Part shown: piece after piece, positions 16,181 through 26,384 of the stretch
Layout: every line of letters starts with the position of its first letter
Numbering within the stretch: the first letter of the stretch is position 1
Source of the DNA: Bacteroidales bacterium
Lineage (GTDB): Bacteria; Bacteroidota; Bacteroidia; Bacteroidales; WCHB1-69
NCBI GenBank assembly: GCA_016290715.1
Contig: JAEEUY010000194.1
Coordinates: 1 to 42,143, forward strand
Reading direction: 5' to 3'
Length of the DNA stretch: 42,143 bases
Made by a program: the position numbers and the translations under genes
Notes under the pieces: generated by a model
Told to the model about the DNA's origin: nothing
The model's input: only the letters and a program-made list of their open reading frames with translations
Database searches by the model: none

Positions 16181-17527
16181 ATGGATTTTCATATTCGCAA
16201 AGGAGTTGACATACGATTGGCTGGGACCGCAAAAGAAGAAATACAAAATTTTGCTTCTTCCCGATTCTTAATCTGTCCTACTGATTTTCGATGGTTGAAA
16301 CCACGGTTGCTCATTGCGCCAGGTTCATCCGTAAACGTAGGCACCCCCCTCTTCTGCTCCAAAGAGGACGAGCGAATAGTTATCGTTTCCCCTGTCCAAG
16401 GCGAGGTTATGGAAGTTATTCGTGGTAACCATCGTGCCATTGAAGCAATCGTTATCCAAGCCGATTCCTCCCCAATCACTTTTGCCAACGTATCTTTCCC
16501 TGAACCCACAAATTCTTCTGAAATAGCTGAATTATTGATTTCCAACGGGTTATGGCCTTTTTTACGCCAACGCCCGTTTGCTACAATTCCCACTCCTGAC
16601 ACCCGTCCCAAAGCCCTTTTTGTTTCCTGCTTTGATTCCGCCCCGTTGGCCCCCAATTTTGGCATTTTATTAAAAGGAAAAGAAGAGTATTTTCATGAAG
16701 GGATCCGTCGCTTGCACCAATTGGTTGGAAAGGATTGTCCTGTACACCTTTGTTTACCGAAAGGAAGGAGCAATCAACTCTTTGAATCAGTAGAAGAGGT
16801 AAAATTGCACTATTTTGACGGGCCACATCCTGCGGGCAATGTTGGCACGCAAATTCATCGCATCGCCCCGATTGACAAAGGGGAAACCATTTGGTTTATC
16901 CATCCCCAAGATGTAGCAACCATCGGCAGATTTTTTCTAACGCATGAACTATCATTTGAAAAAAGGATCGCCCTCACAGGTCCTTGTGCCGAAAATCCCT
17001 GTTACTACACTTTCCCCTATGGCACCGACCTATCCGCCTTGCTAAACTGTGAGACAACAAATGCGCAAGTGCGCAAAATTAGTGGAAATGTGCTAACAGG
17101 TAATCAATTAACAAAGTATAACACACTGCGTTTTTACGATACCCAACTAACGTTACTACCTGAAGGTGGCGAGCGAAAATTGTTAGGCTGGTTGCTACCT
17201 AATTTCAAAAAATGGAGCCTTTCACACACTTTTTTGTCGTGGCTGTTCCAGCATCATATCTTTGCACATAACACCTCCTTACAAGGCGGTCGGCGCAATT
17301 TTGTCATGACCGATGTTTATGAAAAAGTATTTCCCTTTGAAATTCTCCCTTTACAATTAATGAAAGCCTGCTTGACCGAAGACATTGAACAGATGGAAGA
17401 GTTAGGAATTTATGAAGTGGACGATGAGGATTTTGCGTTGTGCGAAGTGGTTTGTCCTTCTAAAATGGAATGTCAAAAAATTATCCGCGAGGGACTTTAT
17501 AAAATTAAAATGGAAAATCAAGCATGA
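16181..17527 (+). CDS. nqrA: Na+-translocating NADH:quinone oxidoreductase subunit A
   Basis: 448 aa. It is the first gene of a six-gene set with the canonical nqrABCDEF order and sizes. The N-terminus IRKGVDIRLAGTA is typical of NqrA. Confidence 0.9.
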   Translation: MDFHIRKGVDIRLAGTAKEEIQNFASSRFLICPTDFRWLKPRLLIAPGSSVNVGTPLFCSKEDERIVIVSPVQGEVMEVIRGNHRAIEAIVIQADSSPITFANVSFPEPTNSSEIAELLISNGLWPFLRQRPFATIPTPDTRPKALFVSCFDSAPLAPNFGILLKGKEEYFHEGIRRLHQLVGKDCPVHLCLPKGRSNQLFESVEEVKLHYFDGPHPAGNVGTQIHRIAPIDKGETIWFIHPQDVATIGRFFLTHELSFEKRIALTGPCAENPCYYTFPYGTDLSALLNCETTNAQVRKISGNVLTGNQLTKYNTLRFYDTQLTLLPEGGERKLLGWLLPNFKKWSLSHTFLSWLFQHHIFAHNTSLQGGRRNFVMTDVYEKVFPFEILPLQLMKACLTEDIEQMEELGIYEVDDEDFALCEVVCPSKMECQKIIREGLYKIKMENQA

Positions 17528-18666
17528 ATATTCTAACCCAACTCAGCGATAAAATCAGCCATCATTTTGAAAAAGGGAAACCCTTGTACTGCTTTTATGC
17601 GCTTTATGATGCCATAGACACTTTTTTGCTCACACCCAGCGAGGTAACGAGCGGCGGAAGCCACATTCGAGATGCCGTGGATATGAAGCGCATTATGATT
17701 ACCGTGATGATTGCTTTATGCCCTGCATTGTTTTTTGGCATGTGGAACATTGGGGTGCAACATTTTCTTTCTTTAGGCGAAAATGCTACATTTTGGCGTT
17801 GTTTTGGCTATGGTTTTTTGAAATGGCTTCCTTTGGTGATGGTTACCTATTTCAGTGGACTGACGATAGAGGTCATTTTTGCCCAACATCGTGGTCATCA
17901 GGTAGCGGAAGGATTTTTTGTTACAGGTTTTCTCATCCCGATGATTATGCCGCCAGATGTGCCATTATGGATTGTTGCCATAGCGACGGCGTTTTCGGTA
18001 TTATTTGCAAAAGAGGTATTTGGCGGCACTGGATACAACTTCCTCAATCCGGCATTAATAGCACGGGCTTTCGTATTTTTTGCCTACCCGTCGGTTATTT
18101 CGGGCGATGCAGTATGGATTTCCGAGTCTGCTGATGCTGTTTCCGGAGCCACTCCACTGGCACTGGTAATGAATGATGCTACTGCACAGATGCCCTCTTT
18201 CCTTGATATGTTTATCGGCACCATCCCTGGATGTATCGGAGAAACATCAAAAATTTGCATCATAATAGGTGCTATTCTATTGTTATACACCCAAGTAGCG
18301 AGCTGGCGCATTATGTTATCGGTAGTGGTGGGCGGATGGATTACAGGCACACTTTTCCATGCCGCAGGGATGTGTCCCATTACAGGATGGCAACATCTGT
18401 TGATGGGCGGATTTTTATTCGGTGCTGTCTTCATGGCCACCGACCCCGTAACAGCCACGCATACCCAAGCAGGAAAATGGATCTACGGACTCCTCATCGG
18501 CATCCTCGCAATCGTCATTCGCGTTATCAACAAAGGCTATCCCGAAGGAATGATGCTTGCCATTCTACTTATGAATATCTTTGCCCCTCTCATTGACTAT
18601 TGTATTGTAAAAATTAAAATCAGAAAAAGGAAAATTAATATTTCCAAACATAAAATTTTACTCTAA
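17524..18666 (+). CDS. nqrB: Na+-NQR subunit B
   Basis: 380 aa, polytopic. The FMN-attachment motif SGATPL is present (DAVSGATPLAL). The start overlaps the nqrA stop (ATGA). Confidence 0.9.
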   Translation: MNILTQLSDKISHHFEKGKPLYCFYALYDAIDTFLLTPSEVTSGGSHIRDAVDMKRIMITVMIALCPALFFGMWNIGVQHFLSLGENATFWRCFGYGFLKWLPLVMVTYFSGLTIEVIFAQHRGHQVAEGFFVTGFLIPMIMPPDVPLWIVAIATAFSVLFAKEVFGGTGYNFLNPALIARAFVFFAYPSVISGDAVWISESADAVSGATPLALVMNDATAQMPSFLDMFIGTIPGCIGETSKICIIIGAILLLYTQVASWRIMLSVVVGGWITGTLFHAAGMCPITGWQHLLMGGFLFGAVFMATDPVTATHTQAGKWIYGLLIGILAIVIRVINKGYPEGMMLAILLMNIFAPLIDYCIVKIKIRKRKINISKHKILL

Positions 18667-18676
18667 CCTCTCTTGA

Positions 18677-19276
18677 ATGATGAAAAATTTCAGCACACCA
18701 TATATATATTTCTATCTCATTGTTTTGGTAACAGTGATAGCCATTGGACTTACGGCTGTAAGTTTAGGGCTGAAGCCACGGAGAGAGTTCAACCAGCGGG
18801 TAGAAAAGGCGCAACAGATTCTGTGTGCAGCTGGCTACGGCGATGTTTCAAAAGAGATGGCTGTAGCAAAATTCGATGCGGTTGTCCAAACCATCGATAA
18901 TCAATCTAAAGCGTGCTACCAGATTCATTGTGCGGATGGAACGGACGGACACGTAGTGGAGGTTCACGGCAACGGACTTTGGGGCCCTATTTGGGGGTAT
19001 ATCATTCTGGAAGAAGACCTTAACACCATCAAAGGGGTTGTTTTCGCCCATAAATCAGAAACTCCCGGTTTAGGTGATAAAATCACCGAAGAGGCCTTTA
19101 CAGCCCAATTTATTGGGAAAAAACTCCACAATGCACAAGGCGAATACACATCGGTACGCGTACTCCCGAAAGGAAAGAATCCCTCCATTGCACCAGAAAA
19201 TCGTGTGGATGCCATTACAGGTGCCACCCTTACTTCCAAGGGGGTAGATGCCATGATAATGCAAAGTTTTAAATAA
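18677..19276 (+). CDS. nqrC: Na+-NQR subunit C
   Basis: 199 aa with one N-terminal TM helix. The FMN-attachment motif is present in DAITGATLTSKG. Confidence 0.88.
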   Translation: MMKNFSTPYIYFYLIVLVTVIAIGLTAVSLGLKPRREFNQRVEKAQQILCAAGYGDVSKEMAVAKFDAVVQTIDNQSKACYQIHCADGTDGHVVEVHGNGLWGPIWGYIILEEDLNTIKGVVFAHKSETPGLGDKITEEAFTAQFIGKKLHNAQGEYTSVRVLPKGKNPSIAPENRVDAITGATLTSKGVDAMIMQSFK

Positions 19277-19313
19277 AAAATATAAGAAAATCAGCAACTT
19301 ATAAAAACTAAAA

Positions 19314-19913
19314 ATGAAAAAATACCTCGGACCGCTTAACAAAGAAAATCCCATTTTAGTGCAGACTTTAGGGGTATGTTCTGCTTTAGCGGTTACTGCC
19401 CAATTAAAACCCGCCGTCGTCATGGCCCTATCCGTTACTGTAGTCTGCGCCATGGCCAATCTCATCATTTCACTATTACGCAACACCATCCCTCCACGCA
19501 TCCGAATCATTGTACAACTATTAGTGGTATCCACCCTCGTCATCATGGTTGATCAGGTGCTCCAAGCCGTTGTTTACGATATTAGTCGCCTGCTCTCTGT
19601 TTTTGTCGGCCTCATCATCACCAACTGCATCATTATGGGACGGTTAGAGGCATTCGCTCTCTCCCATAAACCACTCCCTTCCTTTGTTGACGGCGTGATG
19701 AATGGATTAGGCTATGGATTAGTGTTAGTGGCTATTGCCTTTTTCCGGGAATTTTTAGGGTCGGGCACATTATGGAATTACCCCATCATACCCGCTTCTT
19801 TTTATGAAGCAGGGTACTTGAACAATGGTTTAATGATTCTCCCTCCCATGGCACTCATCTTGGCAGGGGTTTTCGTGTGGATTCAGAACGCTAAAAAAGA
19901 TCGTGTAAAATGA
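19314..19913 (+). CDS. nqrD: Na+-NQR subunit D
   Basis: 199 aa, six-TM RnfE/NqrD-type sequence (NPILVQTLGVCSALAVT, IITNCIIMGRLEAFA). Confidence 0.9.
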   Translation: MKKYLGPLNKENPILVQTLGVCSALAVTAQLKPAVVMALSVTVVCAMANLIISLLRNTIPPRIRIIVQLLVVSTLVIMVDQVLQAVVYDISRLLSVFVGLIITNCIIMGRLEAFALSHKPLPSFVDGVMNGLGYGLVLVAIAFFREFLGSGTLWNYPIIPASFYEAGYLNNGLMILPPMALILAGVFVWIQNAKKDRVK

Positions 19914-20521
19914 GAGAATTGATTGATATTTTTGTTCGCTCGGTCTTCATCGACAATATGATTTTTGCCTATTTTTTAGGCATGTGTTCCTATTTGGCAG
20001 TCTCAAAAAATGTAAAAACGGCCTTCGGATTAGGTTTGGCCGTTTGCTTTGTTTTAGCCGTCACTGTTCCTGTCAACTATCTTATTGATAAATATTTATT
20101 GCAAAGAGGTGCTTTAATATGGATTCATAAAACATTCAGTGAAGTGGATTTATCGTATCTATCGCTTATCATTTTCATTGCCGTGATTGCCGGAATGGTA
20201 CAATTGTTGGAAATGGTTATTGAAAAAATATCCCCTGTACTTTACCAATCATTGGGGATTTTTTTGCCCTTGATTGCGGTTAATTGTGCTATTTTGGGGG
20301 CATCGCTCTTCATGCAAGAGCGGCATTTTCCCAGTGTAGCCCATAGTTTCAGCTACGCCATCGGTTCGGGAGCAGGTTGGCTGCTGGCGATCGTCGCTTT
20401 TGCTGCCATTCGCGAGCGATTAAAATATTCGGATATTCCGAAACCGCTACAAGGCAACGGGATAGCCTACATTATCACAGGATTGTTAGGACTTGGTTTT
20501 ATGGCTTTTTTAGGAATCTAA
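19910..20521 (+). CDS. nqrE: Na+-NQR subunit E
   Basis: 203 aa, RnfA/NqrE-type (FLGMCSYLAVS, IAVNCAILGASLF). The start overlaps the nqrD stop (ATGA). Confidence 0.9.
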   Translation: MRELIDIFVRSVFIDNMIFAYFLGMCSYLAVSKNVKTAFGLGLAVCFVLAVTVPVNYLIDKYLLQRGALIWIHKTFSEVDLSYLSLIIFIAVIAGMVQLLEMVIEKISPVLYQSLGIFLPLIAVNCAILGASLFMQERHFPSVAHSFSYAIGSGAGWLLAIVAFAAIRERLKYSDIPKPLQGNGIAYIITGLLGLGFMAFLGI

Positions 20522-20532
20522 AATTTAAATAG

Positions 20533-21774
20533 ATGATATTGATTACTGCCTTATCTGCACTCGTCATTTTCTTAGTGGTTATCATTATTTTGGTAGCTGT
20601 TTTGTTATATGCACGCAAAAAGTTGGTCCCTGAGGGGAAAGTGAAAATCACCATTAACGGGGAACGTGAGATTGAGCACGAACGGGGATGTACGCTGCTA
20701 CAAGCACTTTCTGACGAAAAAGTCTTTGTTCCCTCTGCGTGTGGTGGCGGTGGCAGTTGCGGAACCTGTCGCGGGAAAGTGCTCTCGGGCGGCGGCACCA
20801 TTCTGCCCACCGAATTGAGCCATATATCCCGAAAAATGGCGGCAGACAATTACCGGCTCTTCTGTCAGGTAAAAGTGCGTGAAGACATGGAAATTGAAAT
20901 ACCCAAGGAGTTCTTTGGCATCAAGAAATGGCGTTGTCGTGTAGTATCCAACCACAATGTAGCCACTTTCATCAAAGAATTGGTACTCCAACTGCCAGAA
21001 GGAGAACGGATAGACTTCCGTTCCGGCGGATATATACAAATTGATATTCCCGCCTGTAAAGTGGATTTTGCGAATATGGAGATAGAAGAACCTTACCGAC
21101 AAGACTGGGAACAGATGGGCATTTTCAACTTGCAGATGAAAAACAGCGTTCCTACCGTACGGGCTTACTCTATGGCCAATCATCCTGCAGAAGACAGCAT
21201 CGTGATGCTGAACGTCCGTATTGCCACCCCGCCTTTCAATCGTTCCAAAAACAGATGGAGTAACATCAATCCGGGTATTGCTTCTTCTTACATTTATAAC
21301 CTTCGTCCGGGAGATGAAGTGATGGTTTCCGGACCTTATGGCGACTTTTTCGTAAAAGACACCAATCGCGAAATGATGTTTATCGGCGGAGGCGCTGGAA
21401 TGGCCCCCATGCGTTCCCATATCTTCCATCTGTTCAAAAATTTACATACAAAAAGAAAAACCACCTTCTGGTATGGTGGACGATCACGAAAAGAACTTTT
21501 CTACGTGGAAGAATTCCGAAATATTGAACACGAAAACGACAATTTTTCCTTCCATATCGCTCTTTCCGACCCGCAACCCGATGACCATTGGAACGGCTAT
21601 ACCGGTTTCATCCACCAAGTGATTTTCGACAACTATCTTCAATCTCATCCCAATCCGGAAGATATTGAATATTACATTTGCGGTCCCCCACTCATGTTGC
21701 AAGCAGTGCTGAAAATGCTTGATTCGTTAGGTGTGGAACCCGACATGATACATTATGATGATTTTGGCGGCTGA
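20533..21774 (+). CDS. nqrF: Na+-NQR subunit F (TM anchor + 2Fe-2S ferredoxin + FAD/NADH domain)
   Basis: 413 aa. It has an N-terminal TM helix, the 2Fe-2S motif SACGGGGSCGTCRGKV...C, RAYSMAN (the RxYS FAD motif) and GGGAGMAPMRSH (NAD binding). Confidence 0.92.
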   Translation: MILITALSALVIFLVVIIILVAVLLYARKKLVPEGKVKITINGEREIEHERGCTLLQALSDEKVFVPSACGGGGSCGTCRGKVLSGGGTILPTELSHISRKMAADNYRLFCQVKVREDMEIEIPKEFFGIKKWRCRVVSNHNVATFIKELVLQLPEGERIDFRSGGYIQIDIPACKVDFANMEIEEPYRQDWEQMGIFNLQMKNSVPTVRAYSMANHPAEDSIVMLNVRIATPPFNRSKNRWSNINPGIASSYIYNLRPGDEVMVSGPYGDFFVKDTNREMMFIGGGAGMAPMRSHIFHLFKNLHTKRKTTFWYGGRSRKELFYVEEFRNIEHENDNFSFHIALSDPQPDDHWNGYTGFIHQVIFDNYLQSHPNPEDIEYYICGPPLMLQAVLKMLDSLGVEPDMIHYDDFGG

Positions 21775-21934
21775 ACACACTAAAACGCTCACTGACCAAA
21801 GCAATTTGATTAAAAACCACCTTGGCATTTTTTTCCAAATATTTATAGCTTTAATATAATAATCTGATTATCAATATTTTAATATTAATAAAATATTTTT
21901 ATAAAAAGAGGTACAAAAATTCAAGAAAAAATTG

Positions 21935-21942
21935 TACTTTTG
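21935..21942 (+). promoter_or_regulatory. Bacteroidota-type -7 box upstream of rpsO
   Basis: TACTTTTG lies 50 nt upstream of the rpsO ATG. Confidence 0.5.
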
Positions 21943-21991
21943 CACCCCGAAAATAGAAAGTTAGAAAAAGTAATTTAAAAAAGTTAAGTTT

Positions 21992-22261
21992 ATGTATTTA
22001 ACAACAGAAGTTAAGAAAGATATTTTTGCTAAATATGGTAAAAGTGCTACAGATACTGGTTCTGCGGAAAGCCAAGTTGCCTTATTTACATTTAGAATTA
22101 AGCACCTTACCGAACACGTTAAAGCGAATCACAAAGATTTGGGGACCAAAAAAGCATTGGTAGCTTTGGTAGGAAAGAGAAAAAAAATGCTTGAGTACCT
22201 GAAAGAACAAGATATCGAAAGATACAGAGCTATTATTAAGGAATTAGGTTTAAGAAAATAA
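21992..22261 (+). CDS. rpsO: 30S ribosomal protein S15
   Basis: 89 aa. [48 protein letters not shown] is the conserved S15 sequence. Confidence 0.95.
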   Translation: MYLTTEVKKDIFAKYGKSATDTGSAESQVALFTFRIKHLTEHVKANHKDLGTKKALVALVGKRKKMLEYLKEQDIERYRAIIKELGLRK

Positions 22262-22284
22262 GCTTCCTTTCACATTACAAAAAA

Positions 22285-22310
22285 GGCAATTTTTTCAAAT
22301 TGCCTTTTTT
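22285..22310 (+). terminator. Hairpin/terminator (attenuator) between rpsO and pnp
   Basis: GGCAATTT-TTTC-AAATTGCC is a perfect 8-bp stem followed by T6. An A-run precedes it, so it could act in both directions. Confidence 0.7.
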
Positions 22311-22349
22311 GCTATTAATCTAAATCAAAATACACGAAAGAAAAATATT

Positions 22350-24560
22350 ATGTTAGGAATAAATAAAACATTTAAATTAGGCGACAAAGAAATCACTATT
22401 GAAACTGGGAAATTGGCAAAACAAGCTGACGGTTCAGCAGTTGTAAAAGTGGGAAATACCATGTTGCTCGCCACTGTTTGTTGCAAAAAAGAAGCAGTTG
22501 AAAATACAGATTTTTTACCATTACAGGTTGAATACCAAGAAAAATATGGCGCCGTTGGACGCTTCCCTGGAGGCTTTTTCAAAAGAGAGGCAAGACCTTC
22601 AGAATATGAAATCCTAATTGCCCGTCTTGTTGACAGGGCTTTGCGTCCTCTGTTCCCTGATGATTTTCACGCGGAAACGCAGGTAATTGTAACGCTTATT
22701 TCCGGAGACCGCAACTATTTGCCCGATGCATACGCAGGTTTGGCTGCTTCGGCCGCTTTATCCGTTTCCAATATTCCATTCAACGGACCTATTTCTGAAG
22801 TTCGCGTAGGCAGAATTGACGGGAAAATGGTCATCAACCCCAGCGTGGAAGAAATGGAACACTCTGATATTGACATGATTGTAGCTGCAACCATGGATAA
22901 TATCATGATGGTGGAAGGTGAAATGAAAGAAATTTCAGAAGCCGACATGGTGGAAGCCCTCAACGCAGCACACGAAGCCATTAAAATCCAAGTACAAGCA
23001 CAGTTGGATCTGGCTGCTATGGTTGAAAAAGCCAATCCGAAACGCGAATATTGCCACGAAACCAATGATGAAGAGTTGCGTGAACGCGTCAACAAAGAGA
23101 CTTACGACAAAGTTTATGCCGTTGCCAAATCATTTATGGGCAAACAAGAGCGAAACGAGGCTTTCGACCAAATCATCGCCGACTTCATGGAAACCATTCC
23201 TGAAGAAGAACGCGAAGAGAAACAATACATGGTTCAACGTTATTATCATGATGTCCAATATCATGCTATGCGTAACATGATTCTGAACGAACGCATCCGT
23301 TTGGATGGCCGGCAACTTGACCAAATTCGTCCTATTTGGATTGAAACCGACTATCTGCCCTCCGCACACGGTTCAGCCATTTTCACCCGTGGGGAAACCC
23401 AATCCCTGATGTCGTGTACATTGGGTACGAAATTGGATGAACAAACCATCGACGGTGCCATCGTGGAAGGTTCCAGTCGTTTCATTTTGCACTACAACTT
23501 CCCTCCATTCTCAGTAGGTGAAGTTAAAAGAATTGGCAGCACTGGCCGCCGCGAAATCGGACACGGCAATTTAGCGCACCGTGCATTAAAACCTATGATT
23601 CCTTTCGATGACCCCAATTTCCCATATACTGTCCGCTTGGTTTCGGATATTTTGGAATCCAACGGAAGCTCATCTATGGCCACCGTTTGCGCCGGAACCT
23701 TGGCCCTCTACGACTGCGGGGTGAAAATGAGAAAACCTGTTTCTGGTATCGCCATGGGATTGATCACCGATGAAAACACAGGAAAATATGCAATTTTATC
23801 TGATATTTTAGGCGATGAAGACCACCTCGGCGATATGGACTTCAAAGTTTGTGGTACTGCCGACGGCATTACCGCTTGCCAGATGGACATCAAGGTAAAC
23901 GGGCTCTCTGCCGAAATTATGGCGGAAGCTTTGGAACAAGCGCGTAAAGGCCGTTTGCACATTTTAGGGAAAATCAAAGAAGCTATCCCTGAACCGCGCG
24001 CTGACTACAAACCATTCGTACCTCGCATTGTTCAAATGACCATTCCTCGCGACCAAATTGGTGCTGTAATCGGACCTGGCGGTAAAGTTATTCAAGAAAT
24101 GCAACGCGAAACCAACACTACAATCAATATTGAAGAGGTGGGTGAAGTGGGAGTTATTGATATTGCCGCCGCTAACGTGGACGACATCAATGCCGCCATC
24201 GCCCGCATTAAAGAAATCACTGCCGTTCCTGAAGTCGGTGAAATATATAAAGGTAAAGTTAAAAGCATCATGCCTTTCGGCGCTTTCGTTGAAATCCTGC
24301 CCAATACCGACGGTTTGTTGCACATTTCCGAAATTTGCTGGAAACGGCTTGAAAAAGCAGAGGAAGTGCTTCAAGTTGGAGATGAAGTGGAAGTTAAATT
24401 GATTGGAGTGGATGATAAAGGCAAATTGAAACTTTCGCGCAAAGTATTATTGCCCAAACCTGAAGGAATGCCTGATGAACCTGAGCGCCCGCGCCGTTCA
24501 GAACGCCGTCCCAAACCCAATCGCCCCAATCGCGAACGCGGGCCCAAATACAATAACTAA
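22350..24560 (+). CDS. pnp: Polyribonucleotide nucleotidyltransferase (PNPase)
   Basis: 736 aa. It has two RNase PH domains ([29 protein letters not shown]), a KH domain ([13 protein letters not shown]) and an S1 domain ([16 protein letters not shown]), plus a 35-aa Arg/Pro-rich tail. Confidence 0.95.
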   Translation: MLGINKTFKLGDKEITIETGKLAKQADGSAVVKVGNTMLLATVCCKKEAVENTDFLPLQVEYQEKYGAVGRFPGGFFKREARPSEYEILIARLVDRALRPLFPDDFHAETQVIVTLISGDRNYLPDAYAGLAASAALSVSNIPFNGPISEVRVGRIDGKMVINPSVEEMEHSDIDMIVAATMDNIMMVEGEMKEISEADMVEALNAAHEAIKIQVQAQLDLAAMVEKANPKREYCHETNDEELRERVNKETYDKVYAVAKSFMGKQERNEAFDQIIADFMETIPEEEREEKQYMVQRYYHDVQYHAMRNMILNERIRLDGRQLDQIRPIWIETDYLPSAHGSAIFTRGETQSLMSCTLGTKLDEQTIDGAIVEGSSRFILHYNFPPFSVGEVKRIGSTGRREIGHGNLAHRALKPMIPFDDPNFPYTVRLVSDILESNGSSSMATVCAGTLALYDCGVKMRKPVSGIAMGLITDENTGKYAILSDILGDEDHLGDMDFKVCGTADGITACQMDIKVNGLSAEIMAEALEQARKGRLHILGKIKEAIPEPRADYKPFVPRIVQMTIPRDQIGAVIGPGGKVIQEMQRETNTTINIEEVGEVGVIDIAAANVDDINAAIARIKEITAVPEVGEIYKGKVKSIMPFGAFVEILPNTDGLLHISEICWKRLEKAEEVLQVGDEVEVKLIGVDDKGKLKLSRKVLLPKPEGMPDEPERPRRSERRPKPNRPNRERGPKYNN

Positions 24561-24594
24561 ATAAATAACAATTTTCTTTTAGTTATAACAGATC

Positions 24595-24638
24595 AAGACG
24601 AGTGAAAGATCCATGTTTTTCGCTCGTCTTTTTTTTTT
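24595..24638 (+). terminator. Rho-independent terminator after pnp
   Basis: AAGACGAGTGAAA-(10 nt loop)-TTTCGCTCGTCTT is a 13-bp stem with one G-U pair, followed by a T-run 24631..24638. Confidence 0.85.
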
Positions 24639-25095
24639 ATGAAATGTGAAGTGCAAAAAAAACTTAGCCTGATTAATTAAGAAGTAGCGTTCCTCTGACA
24701 CGCAAAAGAACAAACTACTCTCTATTGCATTAATAATCATTACCTTCCGCTAAAACTTATGCCCTTTGTGTCAAAACAATAGAAAAGAAAAAGACAGGTG
24801 GCTTCCACGAATTCAGACAACGACACCAACCCTATATTTACAATTCATCTGGAAATATCTCAAAATACAAAACTTTTAACGGACAGCAATAAACAGGAAT
24901 ACATTTTTTGAAAAAAAAATTCCTGTTTTTTCAAAAAAATAACACATTTTATTGCTTTTACATACCTGTTTTTAAACAAATTTTGCATGATTTTTATAAT
25001 CATATATTATAACATCATTATATACAAGATGTTATATATTTTCATTATTCCCCCAATAAATCATTTCAAATGTCTGAAATTTGAAAAAATTAATA

Positions 25096-25103
25096 TAATT
25101 TTG
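25096..25103 (+). promoter_or_regulatory. Bacteroidota-type -7 box upstream of the first FISUMP gene
   Basis: TAATTTTG lies 96 nt upstream of ATG 25199. Confidence 0.35.
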
Positions 25104-25198
25104 TTTCATAAATTCTAGAATTTTTAACAAAAAAAATTTACAAGGTCTGAAATAAAAAGATTGTGAAATACAAAATCATCCAAATTATGATTAACAGT

Positions 25199-26329
25199 AT
25201 GAAAAAATGTTTTCTAACCCTAATGTCAACCTTAATGGTGGTGTTCGGTTTTGCACAAGGAAGTGCAGAAATGGGAGGCTTTGTTCCATCCTCTGCAACC
25301 ACTAACAACATCTCAGCTTCCGTAGGACAGACGTTCTACCAGCTGGCACCCGCCAATGCCCCCATCAGTCTGGTTACCGAAGGCCTGCAACAGGCCACTT
25401 TCGTAGAAAGCAATGATACATTGCTGTTGTACGCAAGCGAGATGGGCAACTACTCCGCCGGCAACAACGAAGTGGAAAGTACAACCATTGAAGGCTACGA
25501 TGAACTGATCCATCGCCAAGTGTATGAACTCACCTGCCCCGACGACTACGAATACACAATGGAAGTCTCCGGCGTTTTAACACACAATGTTACGCTGGAC
25601 GAGCCAACGGTAAACCCCAACGACGGAAAAGTGCAGCTGACTTTAGACCGCGAAAATCCTTTCGCCTACCCTGTGGGGGAAACCACCACTGCCACTTGGA
25701 CGGCCTCTGTGGCCGGACAACAGAAAAGTTGCGATGTGGCGGTTATCATCAACAACTTCAACTGTGCATCCGTATCACCTGCCATTGACTACGAAGGGCA
25801 TGAATACCCTGTAGTGGGATTGGGCAACTTCTGCTGGATGGCAAAGAACCTGCGCGCAGAACTCTATAGCGACGGCACCGCCATCCCCAATGTGATGACC
25901 TTGCCAAGCGAACTCTTTCCCGGCATCAACATAGTGGAAGACCTCGGACATCTTTATACTTGGGACGCTGCCACCAACTACAACACCGCTCAGGGGCAGG
26001 GTGCTTGCCCCGATGGTTGGCACATCCCTACCGAAGAGGAAATGAACTATGTGATGACCCAATACGAACCCACTTCGTTGATGACCGAAGACTACTGGGT
26101 ACCCACGGGCGGAACCGATGACTACGGCTTCTCCGTACTCCCCGGCGGCTACTACAACGCCGTTACCGGAAAATACGAAAGAACTCTCATCAACTCCTAC
26201 TTCTGGACCGTAAAAGAAGCCGGCTTGGTCGCCATCTCCTGTATGTTCGGCGAAGCTTGCAGCACCATGGTGATGGGGCCCGAATTAAAAGAAAACGGCT
26301 TCAGCGTGAGATGCGTGCTGAATTATTAG
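25199..26329 (+). CDS. Secreted protein with C-terminal FISUMP domain (Fibrobacter succinogenes major paralogous domain, TIGR02145-like)
   Basis: I prefer the start at MKKCFLTLMSTLMVVFGFAQG because it gives a signal peptide; the track's GTG 25163 adds 12 aa. Domain landmarks are FCWMAKNLRA, CPDGWHIPTEEEM, GFSVLPGGY, YFWT and GFSVRCV. Confidence 0.75.
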   Translation: MKKCFLTLMSTLMVVFGFAQGSAEMGGFVPSSATTNNISASVGQTFYQLAPANAPISLVTEGLQQATFVESNDTLLLYASEMGNYSAGNNEVESTTIEGYDELIHRQVYELTCPDDYEYTMEVSGVLTHNVTLDEPTVNPNDGKVQLTLDRENPFAYPVGETTTATWTASVAGQQKSCDVAVIINNFNCASVSPAIDYEGHEYPVVGLGNFCWMAKNLRAELYSDGTAIPNVMTLPSELFPGINIVEDLGHLYTWDAATNYNTAQGQGACPDGWHIPTEEEMNYVMTQYEPTSLMTEDYWVPTGGTDDYGFSVLPGGYYNAVTGKYERTLINSYFWTVKEAGLVAISCMFGEACSTMVMGPELKENGFSVRCVLNY

Positions 26330-26384
26330 GGGATGAAGGGATGAAGAGATTAAGAGATTACAAATATAAATTAAACCAAACAAA

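Noticed and set aside
20698-21429. 243-aa minus-strand ORF inside nqrF
   Set aside because: It is antisense to a CDS with unambiguous 2Fe-2S, FAD and NAD motifs, and it has no recognisable features of its own.
21775-21850. Intrinsic terminator after nqrF (CCAAAG...CCTTGG followed by a T-run)
   Set aside because: Only about 5 interrupted base pairs can form. That is too weak to annotate, although the T7 run at about 21831..21837 is suggestive.
24987-25118. 43-codon hydrophobic small ORF (MIFIIIYYNIIIYKMLYIFIIPP...) in the pnp-FISUMP gap
   Set aside because: It is the translation of extremely AT-rich DNA (Ile/Tyr/Phe/Asn/Lys codons). It runs across the predicted promoter box of the next gene, and nothing supports expression.
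25163-25198. GTG start adding 12 aa (MKYKIIQIMINS) to the first FISUMP protein
   Set aside because: The downstream ATG 25199 gives a standard MKK... signal peptide. The extension would bury the signal peptide.
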